Below the pieces are notes generated by a model. That model had not been told where the DNA came from. It saw only the letters and a program-made list of their open reading frames with translations, and searched no databases. A stretch of 53,865 nt of DNA, from contig MQRK01248958.1 in NCBI GenBank assembly GCA_001938485.1, forward strand, positions 7,849-61,713. Reading direction: 5' to 3'. Positions 37,801 through 51,044 of the stretch are shown here, one piece after another. The stretch is from Girardia tigrina (lineage: Eukaryota). The position numbers were made by a program, and so were the translations under genes. The number at the start of each line of letters is the position of its first letter. The stretch's first letter is position 1.

Positions 37801-37850
37801 NNNNNNNNNNNNNNNNNNNNNNNNNNNNNNNNNNNNNNNNNNNNNNNNNN

Positions 37851-37880
<30 letters not shown>
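37745..37880. repeat. (TA)n microsatellite spanning a gap
   Basis: Direct reading. Similar tracts occur at about 591, 6718, 7321 (TA/TG) and 40752. Confidence 0.95.
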
Positions 37881-37886
<6 letters not shown>

Positions 37887-37959
37887 AGTTACCGCTTACT
37901 TATTTTCAATTATTTAAACATTGTTTTTACAAATTTCAAATGCATATATATATATATAC

Positions 37960-39472
37960 TACCATAGACAAAAAGTCACCGAATACCTGATTTTTTATCA
38001 CTTTTTAAAAAAAATGAGCGTAAAATATGAATTACTTGTACGATTTGTATAAAATTAAAAATTTCATGATAGATTCAACCTAGTTTAATAATAATTTAAC
38101 AATAAAAACTTAAAAGTTTTTAATAATAAAAAATTATTTCAATTTAAAAACAATTTTTTTTGGTTCAAAAGTCACCGGACAGATTAAATAAAACCTTTCA
38201 AAATAATAATAATACTTTGAAAATCATAAAGAAATGTATTTATATTAACGAATAGTAACAACAAATTTGGTTTAAATTTCACATTGTTCATACGTTACAG
38301 TAATTCGAAATGTAAAATGGTTAGAAGGCAAAGGCAACCATTTCAAATTTACAAAAAATCTTTTCAATAATAAAAATTGCTGATATGCTTCAAATTCATA
38401 AATCTACAGTCTATGATAAAATCAAAAAATAACACTGCAAAATTAGAAGAATTGGAAGACAAAAATTACGGACTCTCGATATGAAAGGCAGTTTGTCAAA
38501 ATAATCAAAGAAAACAGGTTTATATTTCCAGAAGAAATTAAAAGTATTTGGATTTCAGAAATAAAGAACGTGTCTAATAGTACATGTAAAAGACGAATCT
38601 AGGAAATTGGTTATAAATATTATCATGTGTGATGAAATTTTATTTATTATTTATTTTTATCTATTATTTTTTGCTTAGGTTAAATAAAAACCATTTTTAA
38701 CAAAAGATATACATAAACAAAAAAAATACATAAAACATGGTCCTCGTTACAATGGCTAGCCTATCAGATTCAGGTACTCACATATGGCTGAATTCTGAAG
38801 AATCATTTAGACTGCCTGAAGTGAAAGATTAAATCACCAGATTCAGTTATGGTTTGGGGTTCCATGACTGCGCTAGGTGTGGGAAATTTACATATCATCG
38901 ATGATATTGTAAATTCTGCATACTATCAAAACCTTTTGCGTCAAAATATGTTTCCGAGTATATAATCAGGTCACAATTTACAAAATTATATTTTGAAACA
39001 GAATGGAACTAGTTGTCACACTGCAAAATCTAGCAAGTGTAAGTTCAAAAATAATAAAAGCTTTGCACTAGATTTGCCTTCATCAAGTCCATATTTAAAA
39101 GTAAAACGGTCAAAAACTAAGGACGAATTAATTGAAAGATTATTTAGCATACCTGCATAAGCAGTGAAACTTGTTTTAATCTTAAAGCTATTATGGAGAA
39201 AAGTATAAAGGCCGTTATTGAAGTAATGGATATGTTACACTGTACTAACTGTTGTTAATAAAAACATATAAGTTGTTCGGTGACTTTTGAACCAATTCAA
39301 ATTGTTTTCAGATTGAAAGAAATTTTTATTATTTAGAGATGTGAAGTTTTTATTATTAGATTATTATTAAACTGGGTTGAAATATTAAAGAAATTGTTAT
39401 TTTATGCTAATCGCGCAATTGGTTCATATTTTATACTCATTTTTTTAAAAAAAAAGTGATTAAAAAATCACC
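37960..39472 (+). mobile_element. decayed IR/DR-type Tc1 element with an intron-interrupted transposase
   Basis: About 200-bp inverted repeats (about 37985-38180 vs 39275-39472) with internal direct repeat AAAAGTCACCG; motifs STCKRRI*EIGY, KPFLT, DSVMVWGSMTALGVGNLHIIDDIVNSAYY, QNGTSCHTAKS. Confidence 0.85.
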
Positions 39473-39559
39473 TAAAGAATTACATAAATGTCTTCAAATA
39501 TAAATTTACACATTTTAATTAAAAATTTTATTTATCGTTTAATTCAATCTTCATCTATA

Positions 39560-40200
39560 ATATTTTTTTGTTCTTCGATCTAATTGTAGATTGCCTTTCT
39601 GGGGATGCAAAACAACACCAATTGGCCTATTAAAAACAAATTTGATAAAGACAAAAAAAAATTATATTATATTTTTGAAGCGTATAAAATGTATAAAATC
39701 ATATGCATGCTTCTGTCTAACACGTTCACTACCATAAGGTACATTTTGTATCTCTTTATATTGTCAATTTGTGCCTTGAAGTATTTTGTCTGAGCCTCAG
39801 TGTCTGATTAAACGTTATGCTCCATGATTTAGCATTATTATCGAACATAGTGTACCTGTAAATGAAAATCAACTACATAAAAGAATTTTTTAAAATAAAA
39901 ATGATTTAGGAGTCCTCAGTTTTTAATAGTGGCCTTTAACATGTTAATATATCAAGAATCGTGTTAATCGCCTAAATAACAATTTTAGTAGAGCCAAAGT
40001 AATTCATTCGACTTATCCAGTGCTCGATCAGTGCTGTTCATGCAATTGAGACAAGAAATTAATGTGCTTCTGATTTGCAAAATATGTACCTTAAAGTATC
40101 TTAAATAAGCGGTATCCGTATCTGACTTTAATAACCTTATTACGCTTCCCCTCAACATTTTTCTTGGTCTCGTACATGACAATTCTTTTTATTATTTACC
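39560..40200 (-). mobile_element. piggyBac-like transposase relic
   Basis: SDTDTAYLRYFKVH (cf. CDSETGY..FEVY), NYFGS (cf. DNYFTS), IKRYKMYLMVVNVLDRSM (cf. I..YN..MGGVD..D). Confidence 0.45.
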
Positions 40201-40749
40201 TAATATTATAGTCAACTATTAGAAGATGAGAATCATCATTCTAATCTTATAAAAGGAATAACGGCATATTTTCAGTACTAAAGGGTAATAAATACAAAAA
40301 TTATCATGTAAATGTTTTTTATTGGTTTTATGTTCCAAAATTAATCCTTTATAAAACAATGCAATTTTCGAAATAGAGTAAAATTTTATTTAAATGTCAC
40401 ATATGTTTATTAATACAAAATTAAAAGCAATTCTCCTGTAAAGAAAAATATTTAATTCATTCATTCACAAAGGAAACTTAATATTCTGTTAATTACATTT
40501 AAGTAGAAGTTACTGCTCACGAAGTTTGTTTGTTATTTGCTATTTACCTTATTCTTCTACTTTAGTATCTATATTTAAATTTCAACATATTATACAATTA
40601 TAGAAGTGAGTTCTCCTTGTAGTTATGCATTCTACAAAATATTAACGTTATTTGAAGACCAAACATCTTTTTTTAAATATTTACTTTCAATTAATGCTGT
40701 AATAATTCTATTCCAACCTCTTGAATTTAACAAATAAACCTCCTTTGAT

Positions 40750-40787
<38 letters not shown>

Positions 40788-40790
<3 letters not shown>

Positions 40791-41715
40791 TGAAGGACAA
40801 AAGTATTTGCTCAGATGTATTTTTAACATATTTATGAAGTATAAAATCACAAAAACATTAAAGCACCAAAGTTGGACAGTTGAAGATTGGAAACGTGTTT
40901 TGTTCTCAGACGAAACAAAATTAAATAGAAGAGGCAGTGATGGAATGGTCTGGATTTGGAGAAGACCTGGAGAACTTCTTAAACCAAAACATGTGAAGCA
41001 AACAGTCAAGCATGATGACTCTGTTATGGCTTGGGGATGTTTCAGTTCAGCTGGTGTTGGTGATATACATATAATCGATGGTATAATGAATGCCAATAGG
41101 TATATCAGAATGCTTTCTCAGCATATGATTCCATCATCAGCTCGTTTATTTAAAGATAATTACATATTCCAGCATGATAATGATCCAAAGTACACAGCTA
41201 AGAAGGTGAAAGAGTATCTCGCACGAAAAAATATTGTAGTTTTATTAGACTGGCCAAGCCAAAGTCCGGATCTAAACCCAATTGAAAACCTTTGGTTCAA
41301 GCTTAAAACCTTGATTAAATCAGAGGAAATAAAAAAATCAGATTTAATTGAAGGTATTAAAACATNNNNNNNNNNNNNNNNNNNNNNNNNNNNNNNNGAG
41401 TATTGTAATTCGCTTATTGAGTCTATGCCACGTAGAATGGACCAATTAGTTAAAAACAAAGGCTTATGGACAAATTATTAAAGTGTTTTTATGTCTTTTA
41501 AATAAATAAATCTTTCTGAGCAAATACTTTTGTCCATCGCTTTTCGAATTTTTCTTGTTTAATAAATAAAAATTAACCAAAATTAAAATTAAGCATATCA
41601 AATACATGTAGACGAGAACGATAATTAAGAATATATTTATGTTTATGTTTTTGTGATTTTATATTTCATAAATATGTTAAAAATACATCTGAGCAAATAC
41701 TTTTGTCCTTCACTG
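40788..41715 (+). mobile_element. internally deleted Tc1 element (IR/DR); open catalytic-domain ORF, DD35E
   Basis: TA TSD; TIR CAGTGAAGGACAAAAGTATTTGCTCAG...; ORF 40807-41481 with FSDETK, QHDNDPKY, WPSQSPDLNPIENLW. Confidence 0.95.
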
Positions 41716-42461
41716 TATATATACATATAGGTTTTTTATGTATATGTGGTGATTGGGTATATTCTCGTACCTGGAACGTGTATTCTCGCCCTTGTTAGAT
41801 TTGCCGAGAAGTAAAATTTTTCCATCTAATATTTACAATTCTTAGAATTTCTTTATGTTTACTCATTAAAGAAGGCTAAATTAAATCTCAATAACTCATC
41901 AACAAGAACACCTTCAGTTAATGATTTTAAAAACATTTATATTCATTCTGATTATAGCTTTAGCAATCATTCAGGTAAAGTAATCGCATAAACTGTAATC
42001 AAGGAAATGTTAATATTCCCAACATTAGTATTACCAGCACCAGAACTATGCAAAAACATATTAAAAAGATTTAGAAAGTCAAAAGATATTGAATCCATTT
42101 TATTTATCGTGTTTCTCTAATAATTATATTACATTATATATGCAAAAAGAAATAATCCCTTAACGATTAAAAAATTACAAATTATAATTAAATGTTATTA
42201 GAATATTAGCAGCGACAGTTGATAACCACTTTTTGTTAACTAGTCCAAATTTTCTTATCAATTCTCAACATCCTCCATTACAATACCTTAATGCAATCAA
42301 TTACTGTCAAATAGTATAAATCATATCAACCAATTCCTTCTTCAACATTATCAAATATTTTCGTGTTCAATTTTAACAGTGAGCGGCTTATATTATATCG
42401 TTCCTAAAAACTTATATAAATTTTTTTACCAAGAAAGTCACAATTTAAAGAAAAGTAAGTT

Positions 42462-42870
42462 GGTTAATGGCCTCGGTTGGGTACGCCGGATCTCGTCCGA
42501 TCTCCGAAGTTAAGAAACCAAAGGCTGCTTAGTACTTCTATGAGTGACCGATAGGGACATCACTGGGCCATTGAACCATATAAACCTGTAATATCTGTCC
42601 CATGGTCGAATGGTTGGCGACTAAACCGGCACCCTCACTCTGAACAATCTGGGTGAAGAGGGTGTGTGGACACCTAGCAGGATGAAAAACAAAACCTAGC
42701 AAAGGGCGGATGAGCTCCTTGGAGCAAACGGCCATCCATACCTGGAGAGCAGATTGGCGCCACCAGGTTCCATGCCTACTGATACACTGAAAAATATGCA
42801 AAACCAAGTCATAATGCCTATGCATACTTAAATGCATCCACGGCCCAAGAGCTACAGTACCAAAAAAAGT
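42462..42870 (+). mobile_element. 5S rRNA-derived SINE (SINE3-like)
   Basis: Head 42462-42577 contains ACGCCGGATCTCGTCCGATCTCCGAAGTTAAG and TTAGTACTT..ATG.G.GACC. No oligo-T terminator after the head; about 290-bp body; A-rich end; related copy near 27600. Confidence 0.8.
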
Positions 42871-43689
42871 TATTAAAGATTAAATTTTTTTATTATTTTT
42901 TATACTGCTTATAAAAGAAGCTCACTCTTATTATATGTCTTTATCACCTAGCTTTCTTATATAAAGTTTTTTATATTTGTTGTATGACTTCTTTTTATTA
43001 GAGTACACTAATACATCTTTAAATTATATTCTTTGTGTATTGAACGTGTTTGTAAACATGATAAAGGAGCGGTTTCCGTTTGGGAAGAATAAACAAATAT
43101 TTATTTTCCCACAGTTCTATAAATTCATGATTTTGATTTTTAATTTACTTTATATTTACATTTTTATTTATGTTAAAAAACATTACTTATTACCAGTTTT
43201 CAAATCCTGAAAAGCCTAAATTATCTTTGAGCTAGAAAGTCATCTTCTGTTGTTTCTTCACAAGAACTTAAATTACAAATATGCCTCTTAAAATAACTTT
43301 TCTTCAGAAAACAATTGTCTAATTTTGAGGGAATACAGCCTGTTACGAATTGATTATATATATATATATAAATTTCATATTTAAAAAGTTAAATATTTAT
43401 TTTTATATTTAGTTAATTGTAATGTTTTTTTGTCAGATGTTATTTGATAATTGTAAAAAAATTAAATTAATTAATTTTGGTATCTGGAAAATTCGAAAAT
43501 TTGTAATTTTTTTAATAATTGAAAATAAACAATAGCGAATTTTGAGTTAGCGTGATTTAATTTCATCATTTTGTAATATGGTTGAAATCGATTTGAAAAT
43601 TAGAAATAATAGTCATAATTTAATGAAATTTAATCAATATCCATCGGATATTTTGGTCGGAATTATTATTACACCAAAATGGCGAAAAT

Positions 43690-44300
43690 CGGCTGCGAGG
43701 ATTAAGAAACATCGGCAACACGAGTTATCTGAACTCGACGATTCCCGAATTGAATCGCGCCATCAAATCCGTTGCATCGAGTCATAGAGAGCAGTGTAAC
43801 TCTCATTCGCTATTCGTGTCGAATCTCGACCGATTGATCACGAGTATGGACAGCTTGGATGTTATGATTCAACCTGTGATTCTCGTAAAGTCTCTGGATG
43901 ATATGCTTTCGCAATTCACTTCCACAAACCAACCGCATTGATTGATAAAGCTGGCGGAGAGTCGACAGTATTGATGCAACAGGACGCCAATGGTTGTTGT
44001 GTGAAAATCGTTTGAGCGCTTCAAAAAACTCTCCAAATTCCATTGATACTCAATTCGTCTCCGAATTAAGATTATCCGAAATTGTTTGATCGGAATTCTC
44101 GTCGATGAATTTCTCAATGGACGATTGTCGGTCATGACGACAAACATCGAGAACGAATCGGAAAGTGCATTAACGGTAAATCCGTTTCTCCAATGGAGTT
44201 GCTATATCGACAGCGACGACGAGTAGTATGTGTGGGAGTCGTCCGCGGGTGGTCCGTTCACCATAAAATCCGACAACAGCGAATCGATCGATCGAGGAAC
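43690..44300 (-). mobile_element. Gypsy-like RNase H/integrase relic
   Basis: NSIGETDL and FVVMTDNRPL (cf. YS..EKEL, F.V.TDH.PL); ELRKHIIQRLYENH region; GC-richer island. Confidence 0.55.
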
Positions 44301-44830
44301 AAAATCATGGGTCAAGAACAAAAAATGCAACAACACATCTCTTTAAACCAAGCAAAGCATGTCTGTAAATTTGTGGTTGTGCTACTTATGGCAAAAATTA
44401 ATCCTATCACTTTGCTAAACATAAAAAGTGTATCAGATTCACTGATTCATTCCTTGAACAAACAACCGTATTTGTAAATAACGATGAAGAAATTCCCACT
44501 TCGAAACATTGATATATCGGAACATTTTGGATATGAAGGCAGAATTTCAATAACTCATCTTAAATAGCTGATGCAGAGTACTAAGATGTAACAATATTTT
44601 ACGTATAAACATTCAAATTTGATTATGGTCACGAGTGAAAATTTACTCCTTGCCATTATTTGAGGTCATTAACTTTAAAATCAAAATAGTATAAATTTTA
44701 CCGATTCTTTTTCATTTTTGACCATACTCAAAATGAAAATTCATGTACAAAAGTATTTTTAACACAAAGTATTGTGTAATACAATTTGTAAAAAATAGAT
44801 CTTTTTCCGATACAAATCGGTATATAATTA

Positions 44831-46497
44831 TGTTTTGACGATCAAAGAAAAAGAACAATTACGATAAAAATCTTTGATTATTTGAAACTAACTCACAATA
44901 CGGAATTCTGATTTAGTACAGTAAAACAATTGTTATTTTTAATAGTTAACAAATTGAAAATATATGATTTTCTCATTGACATTTTGATTTTCGTCACGCC
45001 ATACATATACATCCTCACTAGATTCGTTCACGAAAAATACGAACCCGTGGTGGCATTAATATCTTGATCTGATGAGAAAACCTTTCTCATGATTTCTGTC
45101 ATTATAGTCGGAGCTGTATTGAGACCAAATTCCATACGAGTTAGAGCAAACTTTTTATCGTTAATGATGCTTGACTGGAAGTTCCACAAAGCTGGATCAA
45201 CACGAATTTGCGAATTCGTAACTTTTTCTCCTCTAATCACGTAATTTTTCTGTGCATACACCCGACGATCCGCTGTAAACGTCAATATATTTGTTTACTT
45301 CTCTGAAATCAAAAACTGGTTTTATTTTGTCTTTGTTCAACTGAACCACAGCGTAAATCGGAATTGATCCCACCGATTTATTTGTCTACCAATAATTGTA
45401 CTCGACCAAAAAACCCCCTTTCACCCACTCTTTAAAAATATCCATTGTATGTCTATCTTTTGATTTTAACTTCTTGAATCGCGTCTGTCTGTTCGACAAA
45501 TATTCTGGTGTGTTGGATTTCCGATTCCAGTAGACTGTTCATTCTCTGTCGAACCGAATCTGGAACGTGTTGAAACCGAACGTACGTCTGATATCCACGA
45601 TTTCGTGCCAATTTTGACCAGTATCCCCGCTAAAAACGCCTAAATTTCTAAATTTTCTACCTGTTAGTAAAGCTGTTTGCAGTGCAAACCTCATAAAAAT
45701 TGGATTCCATAAATAAAATTTATTCTATTGAAAAAAAGCTGTTTTTTTAAATTTTTGAATATTTAAACAAAGTTCTTTTTTATGAGTTTTAATTTAACAA
45801 TTTTTTAAATGTAACCGTATTATAAATATGTATATAATAAATATATATAGAATTTTAATAAGCGTGTTTTAATGTATATTTATTGTTTTTTTTGTACTTA
45901 CGACTTTAAAATATATTGAAATTAAAATATATATATAAAAATATAGCTACTATTCCTTGCACTACCTTTTTGGCCAATCTTGATACTTCGGACGCATATT
46001 CATCGATAGTATCTAAATCAAACGATTTTATATTCTTCAATTTTCGATAGGCATCCTGAGTTTGCACTCCGAACGCGACATCTAATACACGAAATACCTC
46101 TGAAGGACTTCTCTGCTGTTCTTCTGAAAGCTTCATGTATATACTCAGCGCCGACCCATTTAACACGAACGGAAATAGAACTAAACGTCTATTATTTGTT
46201 GCATGGTATTCATCACTGTGAATTGTTTCTTCTATATTTCCTACGAATTGTCTCCGTTGAATTTATCGACTCACTCGAGAATCAACTTGATGCTTGCCAT
46301 TGCTCGGATAACTTGTTGTGACGATCAACGAAGAAAAAGAACAATTACGATAAAACTCTTTGATTATTTAAAACTAACTCACTAAGGGGAATTCTGATTT
46401 AGTACAGTAAAACAATTGTTATTTTTAATAGTTAACAAATTGAAAATAAATGATTTTCTCATTGACTTTTCGATTATCGTCAAGCTATACGTCAACA
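44831..46497 (-). mobile_element. internally deleted Gypsy LTR retrotransposon (1667 bp)
   Basis: LTRs 46314-46497 and 44831-45011 (TG...CA); 5-bp TSD AATTA; PBS-like AGTTATCCGAGC at 46302-46313; gag (ORF 45906-46166); RT fragment QIRVDPALWNFQ...LTRMEFGLNTAPTIM. Confidence 0.9.
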
Positions 46498-47199
46498 AAT
46501 TATATTTAAATTTTAACATTATAATTTTATCTTAAAAAATATTTTTAACATCACAAACAACCCAAGAGGTTTAGACCAAAATGTTAAGAAAAAAATTTTT
46601 AATTTAAGTTTTAATTAATTTATCACATGGTGTCTGATAAAAAGATGTTCATTTTTTAAAACGTTTCGAAATAGTTACATTTTAAAAACTTAATAAATAA
46701 ATTTCGGATTTTTGTGGCCTTCAATCGTGTAAATGTTAAAAAGCTTTTAATCTTAAAGTAGGACCACTAGAAAAATCACACGTACAACTCATTTCTTTAA
46801 TTATGAACTTATTTCTTCTTTATTAATAGGATAAATTAAAAATATTCGATAATAAATTTGTTCGATTTAAATTCTGCCTTTATATCCCAAAAGTTCCAAT
46901 ATACATAATTTTTCGAACTTGGAAAAAGTTGATTTTTTGTCGTTATTTACGATTAAAAATAAACAAATTTCCAATCATTTTCGAATTAATATAAATCATC
47001 GATTTCAAATTACCAATGATAAATAAATCGGATTACAGTAATAATGAAAGGCAAGGAATTTTACACCAAATCATCTTATTTAATTAATTTATTTAGCTAT
47101 CTTTATTTTTTATTTAATTACTTATTTTAATTGTATATATTTTAATTTATTATGAAATTTTATTTTGTTTAATTATTAATATGTTATCTCGTCAAATGT

Positions 47200-47500
47200 T
47201 CGGTTAATCCTTTTACTTTCCTCTCCAAGTATCAACACTATAGAGGCCGAGTGTATAAGTATTTCATAAGTATATATAAGAAGGAAGATGTGATGTAGAC
47301 CACAATTGGTTGATGAAAAGATGGTTAGAATATCATCCACATTATCACTGACTGTTGGTACAAACATGATCGCGTATACAGGCTACCGGTCGACAGTGGA
47401 ATGACTAGTTGTGATCACATACATATCACCAGTCATGATATTGTTATTAAGTAGAAACGGATATCTATTAATAAACATTGAAAACTTGGACAAAAGCACA
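47200..47500 (-). mobile_element. RT relic (Penelope-like)
   Basis: VDDILTIF motif in ORF 47176-47367; upstream residues are highly decayed. Confidence 0.35.
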
Positions 47501-47782
47501 AATTAAAGTCGTTTATTCATATTGATATCAATGACCAAAAATTTTTATGAGTATTGAAAATGTTGAAAACCATTTTAAGTGACTATGACATTTTCAGTTA
47601 ATGATTTATAAGTTCACTTGATAATAAAAAATAAGATAGGTTAAAATAAAATAAAGTGATATAAATGATATGATGCGAGAGTATGATAGGTTACGTTGTA
47701 GTAATTACATAGAATTATATTAAGGAACAAAAAACGTGTTAAAAAATAAAAATTAGAAACATTTTTGAAAATTAATATAGTA

Positions 47783-47924
47783 CAGTAGAACCTGGCTATT
47801 CTGACATGGCCAGTGATTTTAAAATATGCCGGAATAGAAAGAGTCAGAACAAATACCGGGATTTAAAAATGTGGATTTTCGGACCTGCTGGATTAAAGAG
47901 GTACAAATTAGACAGGTTCAACTG
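47783..47924. mobile_element. pogo/Tigger-type MITE (142 bp)
   Basis: TA TSDs; TIR CAGTAGAACCTG / CAGGTTCAACTG. Confidence 0.85.
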
Positions 47925-49649
47925 TATTGACAAAAGTTAGTGGCATAACTACTGAAATATCACCAAACACTTGAGTTAAGTGTATTCTATTCTATTGTAT
48001 TCTATTAGATCAAGTTTTGCGAGAATATTCTTAATGCACAAAATTTGATGATAATGTACTTTAATATTTTAAAATACCTCTCTAAATTCAGTTTTTGCTA
48101 ATAAATCTTTGTCGTAAAAAATACTTTATGGAGATTTACATATAAACGTTAATGAATTTATTGGATTTTAATATCCAGATGAGACAGGGATAGCATAAAT
48201 TAATAACGTGAAAATAAGTAAAAGTTATAAATAATGAAGTTGATAAAAATATTATTTTTTTCTATATTTAAATAATTTCAACTTGTACACAAAACAATAA
48301 TATAATATACATATGATTTATAAAAAATGGTTGCCATGTATATAACTATTAACCCACTAGCTTGTAGAAAAAGCACTTAATATATTAAGTACTGGAAATG
48401 GTTTACGTTTGATAGTGGAGAATCCCAAGCATTATTTATAAAAAAATTAAAAAGAATAGAAACAGAAAAAGTTTATAATTCATTTTTACTCTCATTGTTT
48501 TCCTGTGTGAGAAAATCCTTTTATGAACCTTTTATTTTACAATATGTACAAAAATCACTGGTGAAAAATATGGTTTTTAGAGACAATACATTTCGAAAGA
48601 TGATCCGTCATCACCAGGTCTTTGAATATTTGTTTGATTCATTGGTAAGTAAATGAAGATTTATAATTGTAAATTTGATTAATTGAATGATAATAAATTT
48701 TCTATAAGCTAGTTGTGATCACCGTTTGAACATTGATTTTAGGGTAAGAAGACATAATTAACAACGATTAACATCCCACTTTCTCTCAATTTTAAAAATT
48801 TTGTAAAAGTATTTGGATATTCATTATCCTTTTTAAAATAACATTTTTTCTTTTGTTCAATAATATTACTCTTACCTTCTTGTTGACCATATTCTCAATT
48901 TACGGAAATGATAGGCTATTTCTCACAGACTTGTAATGGTAACCGGGATAGGTGGCCAATAAATACTATAATCATTTAATTGTTAAGTGGGCTTACAAAT
49001 ATTAGATAATTTGTAAGTCCCCTTTTATTATAAATAGCAAATATATAAATATAAATTTTGATTAATACCTAAATTTGATATTTAATTCGAAACAAAACTG
49101 GAAGAAGCAGAGAATGTATTAAGTTTTGTAATACAAAAAAAGTTTGTTAGAGGGAAAAACAAATAGTGTACTATATTGTTTTATTAACGTTAGTAATCAC
49201 AATCTCGCGCTCTGCAGTTCAGGATCAATTTGGTAAAAATGGTCGACTCTTTAACGATAACTAATCTTCTGTCGTTATTCTTTAATAACATTCAGCAGGA
49301 CTTTATGTAAAGCAGTCAAATAAGTAATCCGGATGTAAATAAGGAAATATACAATATCTGTTAAGTTAATATAAATACAAACTTTCATCTTAATATAAAT
49401 AATGCATCAGAAATGCATATGGAATATAATTATATTATCGTGCTCTACGACATCCATTACATTTATATTCATAAAAATATTATAACACGGTGTAAAATGT
49501 TTAAACGATTTACAGGTGTATATTTTTGCTAATTTTTATTTTTAAAAATGCTAAGTTATTTAAATAATATATTATGTTTTTTATAAGAATATACTAAGTT
49601 ATTTAAAAAAAATGAAATATGTCTCATACGAAATATGTATTTATCAGAT

Positions 49650-49812
49650 TAGTTACATGCAGACACAACATTTAAGTTTGTTTATGATGGTATACTTGTG
49701 CTTATTATAGGAGCATCTGACATGAATTAGAATTTCATCATTGCTATATTGCCTTATGTTCAAATGAAAAACAAAGAGATTTTGACTTGGTTGTTAGAAC
49801 AATACGTCAAAT
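49650..49812 (+). mobile_element. MULE transposase relic
   Basis: LHADTTFKFVYDGILVLIIGASDMN*..HHCYIALCSNEKQRDF matches the MULE HADATYK...VL..G..D....FH....A..S.E...DF pattern. Confidence 0.75.
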
Positions 49813-49843
49813 GCTGAATTGATAAATTTCACTCTTAGAATAA

Positions 49844-49940
49844 TAGAGGTGGACACGTTTAGCTTTTAAGCGACCGTTTAAACGTTTTCGTTTTTTAAAA
49901 CGTTTAAACGTTTATAGATTTCTAAACGGGCGTATAATTA
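49844..49940 (+). mobile_element. possible hAT terminus with subterminal AAACG repeats
   Basis: TAGAGGTGGACACG followed by several AAACG/CGTTT motifs; GATTTCTAAACGGG recurs at about 50765. Confidence 0.4.
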
Positions 49941-51044
49941 TGAAGTTTATATTTCAAAATTCACCACAGGAGTTATACTTTTTTTGAAACTTTTTATCTT
50001 AGGCCTATTCATTTGTAAAGAACACATTGTCCCAATCTATTTAGCTTTTTTTGGGACTATAGATGTAAAATATGGAAATTGTGCGAAGTACTTGCATAAT
50101 TCATACATGCTCTGTTAAACCAAACTCTTTCTTGTAACAGGGCCATTTTACTTGACACAGCTTTAACTTTATTTTCAGTTAGTTCTGAAAATTTCAAATA
50201 GTTTTTATCTGAGTGAATTTATAAATATTTCTTCTTGGCTAGACTTTCTCCAACGCAATAGGTTTATAATGAGTTTTAGTAATTTTCACTTGCTTTGTAA
50301 TATAATCATATTAATTTAGAATTTTACTTTTGTAGTTGTACTTTTTTGCTCTTTTATTTTCTTTTAAATTTGTTACAAGGAAAGATATATCGATCAAAAT
50401 TCAATAGACTCATATTTTATTTATTTTAATCCTTTCTCATTATTTTAATCATCAGCCAATTTTTTATTTGTTATGATATCAGAATTACTTAATTGAGTAT
50501 ATTAATTGATTATTGAATTTTAAATTTCAGAAAAAAATAGTACATAAGAAATAAGAATGTTCCATGATTTTTTTACTTTTAAGTGAAATGAAGAAATTAT
50601 TAATCTAAAAGCAATGATTGCTCTTTCCAATAAAATTGAAATGTTTACTTGATATTTTTTTAAAACATGATAATTGTTTAAATGAACTATTAATTATTTT
50701 TTAAAGATTTTTTAGTTAAATCTATTTTTTAAATTTCTTATAGATTTTTTTATTTAAAGTTTTCGATTTCTAAACGGGTGTAAAATTATTGTAGATTTTT
50801 TTATTTAAAATTTATTTTTTAATTTTCTTGTAAATTTTTCTGTACATTGCCTGGGTGTTCTATTTAGAATATCTCACCTATTGTACAGATAAAATAATAA
50901 TTTAGTGTCCATAGTGATGCAAATTAACATGTGTCATTGTGTTTCTATGAAACTTGTCCATGGTTTTCGCTATTTGTTTTCATTTAGCGATACATCAACA
51001 GGAAAACTATTCAAACAGTTTCTGTTTATTAATTATCTATTAAC

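Noticed and set aside
42462-42577. Functional 5S rRNA gene
   Set aside because: No oligo-T terminator, altered C box, not tandem, and fused to a dispersed repeat body.
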